Positions 12,721-25,101 of a DNA stretch of 64,000 bases are shown here, piece by piece. Where the stretch lies: the NCBI RefSeq assembly GCF_036321535.1, contig NC_087437.1:101062001-101126000 (forward strand), given 5' to 3'. The DNA is from Camelus dromedarius. Taxonomy: Eukaryota. The notes beneath the pieces were generated by a model. That model made no database searches and was not told where the DNA came from. It worked only from the letters and a program-made list of their open reading frames with translations. The position numbers and the translations under genes are program-made. Positions within the stretch are counted from its first letter, which is position 1; every line of letters begins with the position of its first letter.

Positions 12721-13790
12721 ACAAAAGTAAACATCTATTCTTGTTAAAAACTTTCAGCCAACCAGGAATAGAAGCTAACTTCTTCTACCTAATAGAGCAT
12801 CTAAGAAAGATCTATAGCTAATATCAAACTTAATAGTAAAAGTCTAAATGCTTTTTCACCAATATCAAAAATAAGACAAGGATGCCCACTCTCACTACTT
12901 CTCCTTAACATTGTACTTGAGATTTTGGCAAGTGAAATCAGGTAAAAAATATTTAGAAAGATAAAGGAAAACCATCTTTATTCATAGATGACACGATTAT
13001 CTATGTAGAAATTCTAATGGAATCTATTTTTAAAGATTACTAGAACTAATAAATGAGCTTATTAATTAAACTTCTACACACTAGCAATAAAATTGTAGAA
13101 ATTAAAAAATACTATTTATAACAGAAGTATAAAATTCTGAGTGATGAGACCGATAAAAGATGTGAAATACCTGTTTCCTAAGAACTGATGAGAAATGCAT
13201 AATATTTCTTAGAGAAATTAAAGAAGGCCTAAATAAATAGAGAGATATACCATATTCATGGGTCTGGAGATTCAATAATTTTAAGATGTAAATTCATCCT
13301 GATTTGCTATAGAGATTCAACAAAACTCCAATTAAAATCAACAGGTTTTGATAGAAATTAGTAAATTGATTCTAATGTTTATATGAAAATGCAAAGTACC
13401 TACAGGAGCCAAGTAACATTAAAAAAGAATAACAAAGTTGGGGAACTAATATTATCTGACTTCAAGACTTATTATAAAGCCATAATAATAAGACAGTATA
13501 TTTTTTACTGTTGAAATAGAGAAACAGATCAATGTAACAGAATAGAAGATCCAGAAATATCTATATCTCTATCTATATATAACTGATTTAAGCAAAGAAA
13601 GTATAGGAGTGATTCAGTAGAGTTAGGATAGTCATTTCAATAATGATGATAGAACAATTAGCTATCCATAGGCAAAAAAAAAAAAAAAAGCTTTGTTCTG
13701 TACCACATATTATATACAAAAATGAACTAAAAATGAAATATAAATGTCAAAACTTGAACAATAAAAATCATCTAAAAGGAATTTTTAAGA
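12721..13790 (+). mobile_element. L1 ORF2 RT fragment in opposite orientation (probable 5' inversion of the adjacent L1)
   Basis: RQGCPLSLLLLNIVLE at 12874-12921 and LFIDD (FADD-like) at ~12978. Continues through typical ORF2 sequence (ataccatattcatgg; agatcaatgtaacagaataga). Confidence 0.88.
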
Positions 13791-14649
13791 TACAAAGATA
13801 AGATTTTTCACATGGAAAGGAGTAACATGAGATGCTTATCACCTCAGCAATAATAAGTAAATAAGGAATTGTGAAGATTAATGATTCTTTTTTTTTAAGC
13901 TAAAAGTTGCAAATATCTACAATCATTGAGGGAGGATGCAGGAGTGGGGAGGAATGCTGATGAGACAGTTTAAGTCCTAGTCAGTGATAGAAATTGCCCT
14001 ACTGATCTTAAAAGGGATGAATTTTTAACCAAGTTTGGATAATATTCCTTCTGTTTTTATTTTCACTTGAATATGTATAATTGCCTTTAAGAGTTATAAA
14101 GTTGGTGATTTGGTCCAGTCTTGACATTCATCAAAACAACATTCATCTCTCAATTCAGTGATGTGAACTTCCATTTTTAATAAAAGGGTATTCACTAGCG
14201 AGTCAGAGAATAGTAGCAATAATGATGACACATTTTTGTAGAAAATGTCCAAGTTTTAGATGGTATGTATGTTCTGAACATCAAATTGATTATTTTAAAA
14301 ATTCCAATATTTGATATTCATTTTTCACTTTAAGTTTTCAATGTTGCCCAAAGGATATAGACCTGGAGTATGTGACATAGTGAAATGTTATAAATAATGA
14401 ACATGCCCTGTAAGAATAAATGAATATTTCAGATCCTTCCTGACTGACAGTATTAGCAGGAAGAATGTAGATGAGGCATAGCATTAGCAGATTCAGAAGT
14501 GCTACAGAAGGTACAGATAGGAAAGCTGGGGGATATTATGGTCCTAACTATCAACACTGGGGGAAAAAATTGTTTTTTCTACATACTTTTGTGAGTTAAA
14601 ATATAAATTAAATTTTATTTTGCATCCTTATATTCATTAAAAAAAATCA

Positions 14650-15150
14650 CCTGTATTATGAGTTTTTAGGGATAGCCTCTATGAATACTCAGGAAATATT
14701 AAGAAGCTCAAAAATAAGAGTGATTGAAACACACTTAAGACAAATATACCGGAGGTAGAAGATATAAGGCTTTCTGCCTCTGAGAGGAACCACAATTCTT
14801 CTATTTTTCTATGCTGCCAACATCAGTGTCAATATCCACCGTCAAGCCAGCTTGTGGTCCAAGATGGCTACTGGGGCATCAGCTCTGCACCTTAATACAA
14901 CAGGTTGTGGGAACTGACAGAAAGGGTCCATTTTCAACTCAGTAAACTTTCCTTATGGAACCTCTTGAAAGTCAAATACAACATTTCTGCTTATACTACA
15001 TTAATCAAATTCTATGTTATATGGCCACACCAAGCTGCAAGTGTGGCTGAGTGATGCCGATTTTACTTGGCTTTCCTGATCAATTTATTGTGCCTTTGTA
15101 TGAGAAGGAGAGGAGAATGGCTCTTGAGTAGGCAACTAGCAAGCTCTGTA
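14650..15150 (-). mobile_element. Old MaLR LTR (MLT1J/K-like)
   Basis: ccaagatggctact..., atggccacaccaagctgcaag..., gagtaggcaactagca resemble antisense MLT1 consensus blocks. Confidence 0.6.
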
Positions 15151-15371
15151 GAAATCTCTATTATTTTACCTCACTAAATTTTCATATTATTTCTCTAAAT
15201 GTACTGAAATGCCAAATTACCAGTTAAGAACAATCATCCTTGAATTTATAAATGTATACACATAAGCAAGGATCCGATCACAATGCTGAAGACAATCTGT
15301 GTTTGTTTTTCCACATACATGTTTGGACAGTACTTTTTAAATACCTGCCTTAGTGCCATAATCAAATAATT

Positions 15372-15865
15372 TGTTTTTGTTTTTGTTTTGTTTTTAAGGC
15401 TTTATGAGGCAAAATTGGTGCACAATAAACTGGCATATTTAAAGTGTACAATTTGATAAGTTTTGACATATGTATACACTCGTGAAACCATCTATGATCA
15501 AGAGAGTGAGCATACCCATCACCCTCAAAAGCTTCCTTGTGTCCCTTTTCAGTTCCTCAATTACCCAGGGATGACTGATCTACTTTTTGTCACCACACAC
15601 TGGCTGACATTTTCTAGAACTTTATGTAAATGAAATCACACAATATGTACTCTTTTTTGTCTAGCTTCTTTCACTCAGCATAATTATTTTGAGATTCATC
15701 TATGTTGGCACAAATATCAGTAGTTCATTCCCTTTTAATGCTGAGGGATATTTCGTTGTACAGATGCACCACAATTTGTTTATCTATTGACTTGTTGATG
15801 GGCATTTGAATTATTTCCAGTTTGCAGCTATTACAAATGACAGTTCCCACTGTGAACATTTCTTC
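15372..15865 (-). mobile_element. L1MB-like 3' UTR fragment with T-rich (GTTTT)n tail
   Basis: catatttaaagtgtacaatttgataagttttgacatatgtataca...ttcactcagcataattattttgagattcatc...ttccagtttgcagctattacaaat. Confidence 0.88.
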
Positions 15866-15999
15866 ACATAAGATTTAATCTGAAGAAGTTGCGCTATTAA
15901 AAAAAAAAAAACTAGATAAGACGATCCCCAAGGTTGCTGTCTTTGAAAGACTGGAGAGCTGTTGTGGATCAAACTGAGGGGTCAAGGACTGAGGAAGCT

Positions 16000-16170
16000 G
16001 CCATTTTTGAGTTTCTGCTGGTGCCAGCACCCCACCACATTTTCTCATTTACTCACAGCACATCTGGGAAGCAGGTGTCATTGTTAGTCCCAGTTTGCAA
16101 ACGAAACAGCCAGGACATAGAGGCATGGATGGAGCTGTCTGGTGACACACATCTAGACTGTGTCAAACTG
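16000..16170 (-). mobile_element. MIR fragment
   Basis: ctcatttactcacagcaca..gcaggtgtcattgttagtcccagtttgcaaa resembles the antisense MIR core. Confidence 0.5.
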
Positions 16171-16224
16171 TGTGTTTATATAATTATAACCACTTCAACA
16201 CAAATCACTGGAGGTCCCAAAATA

Positions 16225-16615
16225 TATTTTAGGCATTTTTATCAAACAGCTGTTGCTATAATACAACCAGCTATAAAATCTTGGTGGCATATAAATATAA
16301 ATTCTTTTGTCTCAAGCCTCTGTGAATTGGCTAGGGAAGCCCTTATGAAATCATTTACCTGTTGGCTGATCTAGCCAGAGCTCAGCAAGGTGGTTCTTCT
16401 TCAAGTGCCTGACAGTGAACAAAGAGAACAAGCCTAATGCTGTCAACCCTTGGTTGTGTCATATCTACTGACATCCCACTGGCCAAACCAAATCACAGTG
16501 TCAAGAAAGCGGAAGTGCACTCCTTTGTGAGAGGAATTGTTAAACTAACTGGAAGAGGGCAAAGCTATAGGGAAGGCTGAAGATCTGGGACCACTACATT
16601 AATCCAATCTGTCAC
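16225..16615 (-). mobile_element. MaLR LTR (MLT1H/I-like)
   Basis: tgttgctataatacaacca..aaaatcttggtggc and ccactggccaaaccaaatcaca are antisense MLT1-like blocks. Confidence 0.6.
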
Positions 16616-16693
16616 AGTACAAATCTCCAGGACTGAATTTAGGGCCTGATGCATAGCAGAACTCATTGAGTAGATATACTGTGAATAAAGAAG

Positions 16694-17187
16694 TTTTATT
16701 GATCAGGGTTCCCCAGAGAAACAGACCAATAGTATATATATGTCTACATAATGGGAGACTCATTGGGAGGAGTTGGGTCACACCATGATAGAGGCTGAGA
16801 AGTTCCACCATTGGCTGTCTGCAAACTGGAGACCCAGGAAAGCTTGTGTGAGCATGAATATAACACAAGTCACTGTGAGTCCAAAGACCTGAGAGCCAAG
16901 GAAGCCAAGAGTGTAAATCTCAGGCCAAGGGCAGAAGATGTAATGAGATGTTCCAGCTCTTCAGTGACACAGGAGGAAAGGGGCTAATTCCTCCTTCCTC
17001 TGACTTTTGTTCTATTCAGGTCCTCAACAGATTGGATGATGCCCACCCATGTTGGGGAGGGTCATCTACTTTCCTGAGCTCATGGATTCAAATGCTGATC
17101 TTATTAGGAGACACAGGCACACCCAGAAATAATGTTAATCTGGCACTCTGTGGCCAGTCACGTTGACACAGAAAATTAACCATCATA
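16694..17187 (-). mobile_element. Solo MLT2 (ERV-L) LTR
   Basis: Runs from ..tattgatcagggttccccagagaaacaga to gttgacacagaaaattaaccatcata. Near-TSD agaag/ggaag. Confidence 0.88.
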
Positions 17188-17689
17188 GGAAGGAGTATGT
17201 TTTGAAACACCACTTTGTTCAGGCTTCTAAATCCCACTACTTTCAAAATGTCCCCTAAGAAATAATTCCTTAGAAATAATCAGTGGAATTTAATATATAC
17301 CAGTTTTCCATTACTTTAATATTAAGAAGTTATTTGTATTTTCTCATCTGAATCCCTCCCACTATAGGTCACATAATTGAATCACCATTTTGTCAGACTT
17401 CCCTAGTGCTAGAGTTAACTCTACATACAAATGAAAACTAAACCATGTGGCATAAATCAAGATTCATTAAAGTCCGAATATCAAAGGATTATTGTGAGGT
17501 TTAAATAAATCTATCAATTTAAAAGTAAATGCCTGGGAATAATCATCACCCAATTTATGTTATTATCAATGAGTGTTTCTTAAGTGTGTATTGCTTGCAA
17601 GACCATGTTCATAAAAGTTTTAATATTCAATTCATATGGAATGAAAATAGATATTTTATGTTTTGAAAAAGTCCACAGCAGGAATCTCT

Positions 17690-17855
17690 GTTTTCCCACC
17701 CAGAAGCTGTGTGGCTTGGATAGTTTACTCAGCAACTGTGATTGTCGGATGTATTATTCTCTGCATAATTCATGTGGGATTTAAAGTGAAATAAACATCT
17801 GAAGTGCTTAGCAATGAGCTTGGCATATATTAAGCACTAAATGAATATTACCTTA
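17690..17855 (+). mobile_element. MIR fragment
   Basis: agctgtgtggcttgg...gtgcttagcaatgagcttggcatatattaagcactaaatgaata (MIR 3' end). Confidence 0.65.
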
Positions 17856-17873
17856 TTTTTCTCTTTCTCCTTT

Positions 17874-18460
17874 TGTGCATCAGTCAGACTCTAGTCAAGA
17901 GACAAAATCTGCACCAGTTGCTTTACCAGATAGAATTTAATCTCTACAGTTAACCACGTACAAAATTGTTAACCAGGCAATTGTTTAACTTTTGTGTTTC
18001 TCCAGATGAAAATTGTAGGGTATCAAACAGGGAGCAATTGTAGGAAGTAGCTACTCTTCTACGGCTGGAAAAACAAAAGGAAGATGTTGCATTTATTGGC
18101 AGGAAACACCTACCTCTGAGGATGGGGTCCTGGTGTGGCTGTTTGGCTGATGCACAATGAGTGCTTTCTGTAAATGCTGGAAAAACTGCACAATGGATTC
18201 AGCTGCCGCTCCAGAGAGGAGCTGCTGCTGCTGGGGAGAGGAGGCATTGCTAGGGTGAAAGTCTTCAGAACTGCAGTGTGAAAGGCGACCTACAGGAAGC
18301 AAACAGGAAGGCACATGCCTCTTCGTCCTCCAGCTTTGCGGTCTCCCAGCTCTCTGGCCTCTTGGCAGAAGTGTGGTTTCAAGTCCCAGCCCTAGTACTG
18401 CAAAGCAGAGGGGAGAAGGGAGAGGAGTTGGAGTTGGGAGAGCTTAATAGTTGGCCCACC
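17874..18460 (-). mobile_element. Old ERVL-class solo LTR (LTR33/LTR41-like)
   Basis: Starts tgcatcagtcagactctagtcaagagacaaaa...agaatttaat, the antisense end typical of these LTRs. Family uncertain. Confidence 0.5.
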
Positions 18461-20489
18461 TGGGTCTCCTTCAGATCCCTTCATTTTTTCCTCTTCTCTT
18501 TCCTTGATACTATCTTCTCTTCATTTCTTCTTTCTTTCTTTTTTTTATTCATCGTTTCTCCTTTCCTTCCTCCCTCCCTTCCTTTCATCCTTCTTTGATG
18601 TCAATCTTTAGGCTTGAAAAGACATCTTAACAAATAAGTAGGCTATTACCTTTCATGTAATAAAAAGATACAGAAAATTATAAATAAGTTCAGAGAATAT
18701 ATGTCATTATTTTTTTTTTAATGTATGGTTCCAAGCATTTTACACGAGCTTATTCGTTTTATCAAAATCTCACAATGGCAGGACTGGAAAATGGCAGACC
18801 TAAGATCGGAACCCAGCTTTTCCCTCCAATTGTCATGTTTATTTTGCCCCCTACCTTGCAGATCCCAATTCATTTTGATAACTGTGAATGGATAATTCAG
18901 TCACTGTCATTTGAACTAGGTAGACCTCAAAGGAAACTGAAAATGTAGATGGAAAATGTACAGAATCATAAACACTACAGATATGTAAGCAAACTTGGGA
19001 TAAGGCAAGAATTGTTCCATAAAACTATCTAATACAGTTGATAAAATAATTCCAGTATTAATGAAAATAATTCTTTTGGGGAATGTTTTTCTCATCTTTC
19101 TTATCAAATAAATACTGAGAATTTTTAAGAAGAAACATGAAAGATAACATCTCTTATATTCCCCAATATATTTTGGAAGTTAATTAGCTGCACTTGGTAA
19201 TAAAAAAAAATAAGATAGCTTTCTTAGAATGTTGAGTTGTTCATTAACTTGTGGGTTGATTCCAGTTTCAGAAGCCCATCTTATTATCTAGTTGGAGAGA
19301 ATTAATATCAACTAGTGTATTCCCTGGTAAAGAGAGAACGTGCATTCAGAATTATAAAAATAAAAACACAACTGCATACTGCAATCACAAGAGATGAAAA
19401 ACCAATTATTTTACTTTTTCGTAAATGCATTTGAAAGTTTCAGAAAACATATGTATTAGAAAAAGTTTACTCTACCTGTCACTAAATCACCTAAAAGGCA
19501 AAAAAAGCACAAATATCAAAAGTGATTAAAATAGTACTTTATGATAATAGACAATTTACAGCCATATTTATAACTATACAAGCATCCTCAAATGAGAGTT
19601 GAAATATCAAAATATCAAAAAATTCTTGTTTAATTTTACATTTATTTGTCACTATGGTACCATAAACTTTAGTTGGACCACTTTTTGGTTTTAGGGACTA
19701 GAAGAGGTCCAGAAGACTATAGGTCCAAAATCAAAGGCACAGGTAAGCCTGCCAAAGTGGAGGGAGAGAGAGAGAGTTTGAGAGAAGAAAGAGAAAGAGG
19801 AAAATCACCTTGATTATTCTGGATATAAGAAGGGGTTAGCAGAGAAAGGGATCATCATGAAAATTTAGTCCCTTAATCTAATTTTTACATGTTAAATATC
19901 AACTCCATATCTATATCTTCTTGTTAAGAGTTCCTAATTAATACTGGATTTGAACAATTAGAATTCAGTTTTCTTGATTTAACCAGCTCAATAGCTAATG
20001 GAAATTATGGTCACATTTCTAATAAAGAGAAATAAATTCAAATTGTATTAAGGATTACAGGTAATTACCACTGCAAAATAAGGTTCTAATGGGCTACTCA
20101 GGGATTGATTTAGACATCCTCTTTCTTTCTGAATATACAATTTATCTGTAGGTACATAAGAACTTCAAATTTTTAAAAATTTATGAATATTCTATTGTTA
20201 TTCAATGATCATAGACCACTGATTGAACGACTGAAACTGGCTGTGGTGAGTCTGTGAGACAAGGGAGGTGGAGAGTAAGGAAGAGTCAAATGGAATGCAC
20301 TGAAAACTGTTTTATCTCTGGCACCAAGTCACTGACTCCAAATCAAATCCAAAAGAAAGACTTCTTCCTAACCAGCAGCTCCAGAGTAAAACAAAAATTA
20401 CTTTCAATAAATTCCTAATATCAAACTCCTCATCTTGCAGAAAACTGTAACAGCATGTATAGACTTACTATCTGAGATTGGCTAGCACT

Positions 20490-20599
20490 GATGCTGAGTC
20501 ACAGAGATGCTGAGTCACAGAGATGCTGAGTCACAGAAATGCTGAGTCAGAGATGCTGAGACAAAGAGATGCTGAGTCACAGAGATGCTGAGTCACAGA
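20490..20599. repeat. Minisatellite, 7 x 16-bp GATGCTGAGTCACAGA; consensus unit contains an ARE/NF-E2 (TGCTGAGTCAC) and AP-1 (TGAGTCA) motif
   Basis: Units start at 20490, 20506, 20522, 20538 (14 bp), 20552 (variant gatgctgagacaaaga), 20568 and 20584. Five units are perfect copies. Confidence 0.97.
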
Positions 20600-20619
20600 G
20601 CTACTGAGGTCTCTCCATC

Positions 20620-21683
20620 CTCACTTAGCTGTAGCTCCTAGGGTTCCTTCCCTCTGCTCACAGATCCATAGAATTCTCATCACTGGATGAACCACTTCAG
20701 TTTACTATCCTCCTCAACATTCCTTATTACCATCTTATTATAAATTCTGAAGTCATCATTTACATTAGTATCAGATACTTTTTATCTCCCCTTAGAAGAC
20801 CCATAAACGTGTACACCAGGTGCACTCTTCCCATTTTAGCTAGCAATCTACAGCAGTCAGTGCCTGCCTCTTTTCCCTTAGCCACCTCTGCCTTGCAGGA
20901 CAGCTACTACATATGTCAATGGCTTCCCACCTTATGAAAATGTATTTCTACCTGAGAGCTTTCTCTGGCTGCAGGTGTGTGATCAGCTTATGCCCAGGAC
21001 AGTGTGGAAGTGCCAAGAAGCTAATGCTCCAAAGTAGGGATTTAGTGGATTATGTGCTAGCTTCCATCAGAGAATGTGGTAAGAGTTCCATTTCACATAT
21101 GAGAGTGACTGACGGCCCTTTGATCATTGTGTCATTTTCATGTGGACAAACTGGAGTTTTAGATAAGAAGTTTAGATAAGAGGCCTGTAAATTATATGCC
21201 TGTAGTTTTTGGCATTGATTACTAAGGGGAACTAGCAGTGCTGTTACATAACGGAAATACAAAAGAGTGTGTCTGTGAGACAAGATATTTGCTTGAGTCT
21301 CATGAGGTCTCTATGCCCAGGGATAACAGTGAATGGAAAGTCACAGCAGCCAGGGCCTGACAAGGGCATGGTAACCTAGAACTCAGTCCTTTCTGTTACA
21401 TCCTACATCCAAGATCTACATCAGCCCACTAGGCTAAGCAATCTAGACAATGAGAAATGCTAGGTAAATATGAAGAAATTCTAAAATGAGTGGTAGGTGA
21501 AAGATAATGGATATTAGTTATGTTCTTAGAATAGACTGTATCAGTTTAAACTCTAGTTTTACAAACTCTTCTGTGACAGATCTTATTTTCTTAGGAATCA
21601 TGTCCATTCATTACCTTGAAGAATCAGCAAAGGGATAAGTGGATTTAATGCACTCGTGAGGTCTAAATGGTGCAAGGCATAGA
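20620..21683 (+). mobile_element. Highly decayed ERVL-class internal remnant (HERV16/ERV3-16A3-like)
   Basis: cagggcctgacaagggcatggtaacc... and a PPT-like ggtgcaaggcatagac immediately before the downstream LTR. 5' limit uncertain. Confidence 0.45.
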
Positions 21684-22170
21684 CTGCAGGATGAATCCAA
21701 TATGTACTTGGTGCTTTAGTTCACCATAGAAGAGTATTGCAACCTTGGTGGAGACTCACTATATGTAATGACTTCCTACACTAGGTACCTATATCTCTCT
21801 GTTTGATGGCTTTCTTTGGCTGCATGAGCAAGATCAGCCTGTCTATAGAACAGTCTGGAAGTGCCAGGGGGCTAATGATTCCGGTAACAACCTTCAAACA
21901 AAAAAGGTGGATGTTGGTAAGTAACAAATGAAACTTACTCATTTGTCGGGGACACGATTCTGAAATATTTTCAACAGTTACTTATTGGCATCAAACCCTA
22001 GTTCCTGAGGTAGCTACTAAGTTATTAGTGTATGTTTTACTGGTTATTCCTTCTTACTCTTCTTACTTTCCTACTCTTTCACCATGCTCTGGATTATCAT
22101 CCAAATAAACTCTTAGCACAAAATCATTTCTTTCAGAAACTACTTTTCAAGGTACAAAAATTAAGACCCC
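21684..22170 (+). mobile_element. ERVL-class LTR (MER68/MER77/LTR40-like)
   Basis: gaagtgccagggggctaatg...; 3' end ctggattatcatccaaataaactcttagcac...aaattaagac resembles the 'cccaaataaactacttgcac...aactaagaca' terminus. Confidence 0.6.
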
Positions 22171-22441
22171 ATCAATATGCAACTTACTATTGGACTCTTT
22201 GGCTACCAAGAGTCTAACTTATAGAGAGATATTTGATTGAAAATATATTGCATCCACATTCCCTACAATGAAAATAAAATGTCCATTTACAGGCAAAGCT
22301 ACTTGATGAAGAAAGAAAAGAATAAAAACTCTTATGTAGGATTGTGGAATGATTATCAAATCCAGATTCATGCAAGAGGCCAAGCCATAGAGCTCATGAA
22401 CACACAAGAACATGGAGCTTGATAAAGAAAAAGAACATTTT

Positions 22442-22530
22442 GAGTAGGGGTATAGCTCAGTGGTAGAGCGAGTGCTTGATATACACGAGGTCCTGGGTTC
22501 AATCCCCAGTGTCCCCGTTAAGAAAAAAAA
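22442..22530 (+). mobile_element. tRNA-derived SINE (camelid Vic-1-like)
   Basis: Pol III A box tagctcagtgg, B box ggttcaatcc and an A-rich tail. Flanked by an imperfect direct repeat ending gaacattt (22433-22440, 22537-22544). Confidence 0.88.
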
Positions 22531-25101
22531 AGAAATGAACATTTAAAATAAACCAGAAATGGCAACTTGCCAGAAAAGTGCTCCCTTTAAGGGCATGGAC
22601 AGGACTTTGAGGTCACAGAGCCAACTCTACATCAAGAAGTCATGTGCTTTGAGTTATATTTTCAATAGATTTGTTACATTTACATCGTGTTTCAAGTGAG
22701 CTCTCAGGAGTGAAGGTAATAGTCAGTTTGCTACAGACAGAAAGCAAAACTGTTTCCTGGGGAGACCTGGGCCACAAATGAAATTCTTTGGCTTTAGCTC
22801 CTGCTATGTCTGCTTTGATTCCTTGACCCTTGCCCATAGGCTCTGCTCTGCCCACAGTTCAGGATCAAACATGCTTCTAGTCTGGACAAATTTAGAAAAC
22901 TTTAATTCAGTTGCACAGGGTGGTCAGTACAAACACAGGCCTGCTGCCAGTCTTTGTCTCGGAATAGCTTCATTCTGCCTGTCTGCTGTGACCCAGCCCC
23001 AACCAGTGCACTGAGGCTGCTGTCCCAGTCAGAACAACTCGGAAGATGAAACTCAACGCTCTCTTTCACTCCTCTTTCTCAGATGTCCCCGTGGTTTCTG
23101 CTTTTCCAAACGTGTTTCTTCCTGTCTTGTTCCATTCTTAGTCCTATTTTCACTCAATGACTATTCCTCTGTTCTGAGCTTTTGTTTCATTTCCTAGAAA
23201 TACAGGAATTAGTGTTATCTATTATGTATAATAGTAACCTTTAAAATATGAATAAAAGAAAAAGAACCATAAAGAGGCAAGAACATAGTATGAGAAAATC
23301 AAAGACCAGGATACTTCTTGCACTCAAGCCCATGATAGAGATCTGAGCAGACAGCTGGGCCTTCACTCTATTTTCTGCTTCTGCAATTTCACACACCCTC
23401 GCTGTCTCAATGAGTTACTAGGCAGATGTCTTGTAAGTGTGAGTCTCTGTTGCCAACCTTTCACCAAGCTACAGACCTGCATTTCCACAAGGCCTGCTAA
23501 ACAACTCCAAAATGATCACATTTGCCTCATTTCAAGCTCAGCTTATTCCACAATGCCCCATCATTTTCTTTTTGTTTTTACTTAACCTCAGATTTTATCA
23601 TTCAGTCACCACATAATTTAACAACTCTCATCATCAAAGCATTGTTCCAGTGTCTGGTAATACAATGGTAAACAGAATTTTCCTTCCCTGAAGGAGTTTG
23701 GTATTTATCACAGCAAGCTGCCTTATAAGTCCACTCACTGGAGTCACCAGGGAAACCACAGAACTAATCTTGTCACCCTCAAAGACCAGCACTGAGATGA
23801 ACTTCCACATCTTCAGCATGTCTGCCAACCAGATAAAGGAGACAGTCCCTCAATCAGCCAAACATTGAACACCAGGACATCCTCTCCAGATCAAAAGAAT
23901 ATGTCCAAGCCAAGACTAGGAAATAGGGACAGAGAGGACCAGAGGCTGTCCATGAATGTCTTGGAAACTTAGCCAGTGAAACAGTAAATGTACCACCTGA
24001 GCAAAGATTGCATGTGTAGGGAACTTAACCATGGATGGAAGGCACATTTGCTATCAGCAGAAAATTAAAGGAGACGGTCTAGTGCATGCAAGCCAACAGT
24101 AAGTTCATCTCCATGCACGTTAATGTTGTTTTTCTACAGCTAAACATGGTTCTGCTGCTGAAGGATATTGGAAGGAATGAAAGCAGCAAATGACATGAAC
24201 ATTGGGGCCAGGCAAGTACCCAGAAGAAGACACTGCTCATGACCTGTGGCCAGTGGGTCACTGGACAGCTCCAACTGATGCAGAGGCAACTGGTCACCTA
24301 GGGACACTGGGGGGACCATAGTGGTAAGATTCTTTCCAGAAAGGGTTACTTCAGGGAGACAAGCTCCATAGCCCAGCCCTCGGGGTGAAAGTCCCTGCTG
24401 AAGGCCATACTCTGCCATAGACACTTTTCAGGGGTCTCTCAGAAGACAGAGGATGAGACACTGGAAGTACCAAGAAACAAATCTGGTCTTATGCTTAGAG
24501 TCATTGTCAGGGATTTATAGTGGCAGGAACCTAGGTACTAGAGGACAGCATGCTATGCCTATTTCAGGAGATGTGAGTTTCCATGGAGAGTTTCTAAGTA
24601 GATTGTGTTTTATGGTAAGTGGGACCCAACTCTGGCTTGGATTGAGAAGCCGTGCTGGCTCCAGGGTCCTCCCGCCCCACACTCTACCCTACCCCTCAGC
24701 TCCATGTTCCCAGCTCCCAGACAGGCTACGGGCTGCATTTCTGGGGAGTGCTCCTCCCCGCACCCCACCACTTCCCTCTGCAAGCCTCTCCTTAGCCACA
24801 TGCTGTCCTCGCCACTGAACGGCCGGATGCAAGTGGCTTCCTGGTGCTGGGAGGTGCTTGTCCTTGTGAAGACCGCCTCCGTAACACCCTGCTCCTTGCA
24901 GAAGGTGATACTGAATTACAGGAGAAGCAATGCCTCGCTAGGGGGCTCTCCTTCCTCATCTTTGTCCTCAGCCTGGGCTCTCAAGACCTCTGTTTCTCCT
25001 CTCCCAGTCTGCTCCCACTTGAATGTCCTACAGATCTCAGAGCTCTGTGCCATCTCTTCTGACATCCAATAGCCCTTGGCCTGGAAAGGCTGTAACCCAT
25101 C

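Noticed and set aside
15934..16374. 146-aa ORF
   Set aside because: Non-ATG start; runs through MIR and MLT1 fragments.
20490..20599. CRISPR-like array
   Set aside because: Units are contiguous with no unique spacers, there are no cas genes, and the DNA is mammalian. It is a minisatellite.
22442..22515. Functional tRNA gene
   Set aside because: A-rich tail, TSD and a degenerate acceptor/anticodon region indicate a SINE.
23620..25100. Specific assignment as a TBC-domain, Kelch or bornavirus N pseudogene
   Set aside because: Only short by-eye motif matches with inconsistent spacing; cannot be supported without a search.
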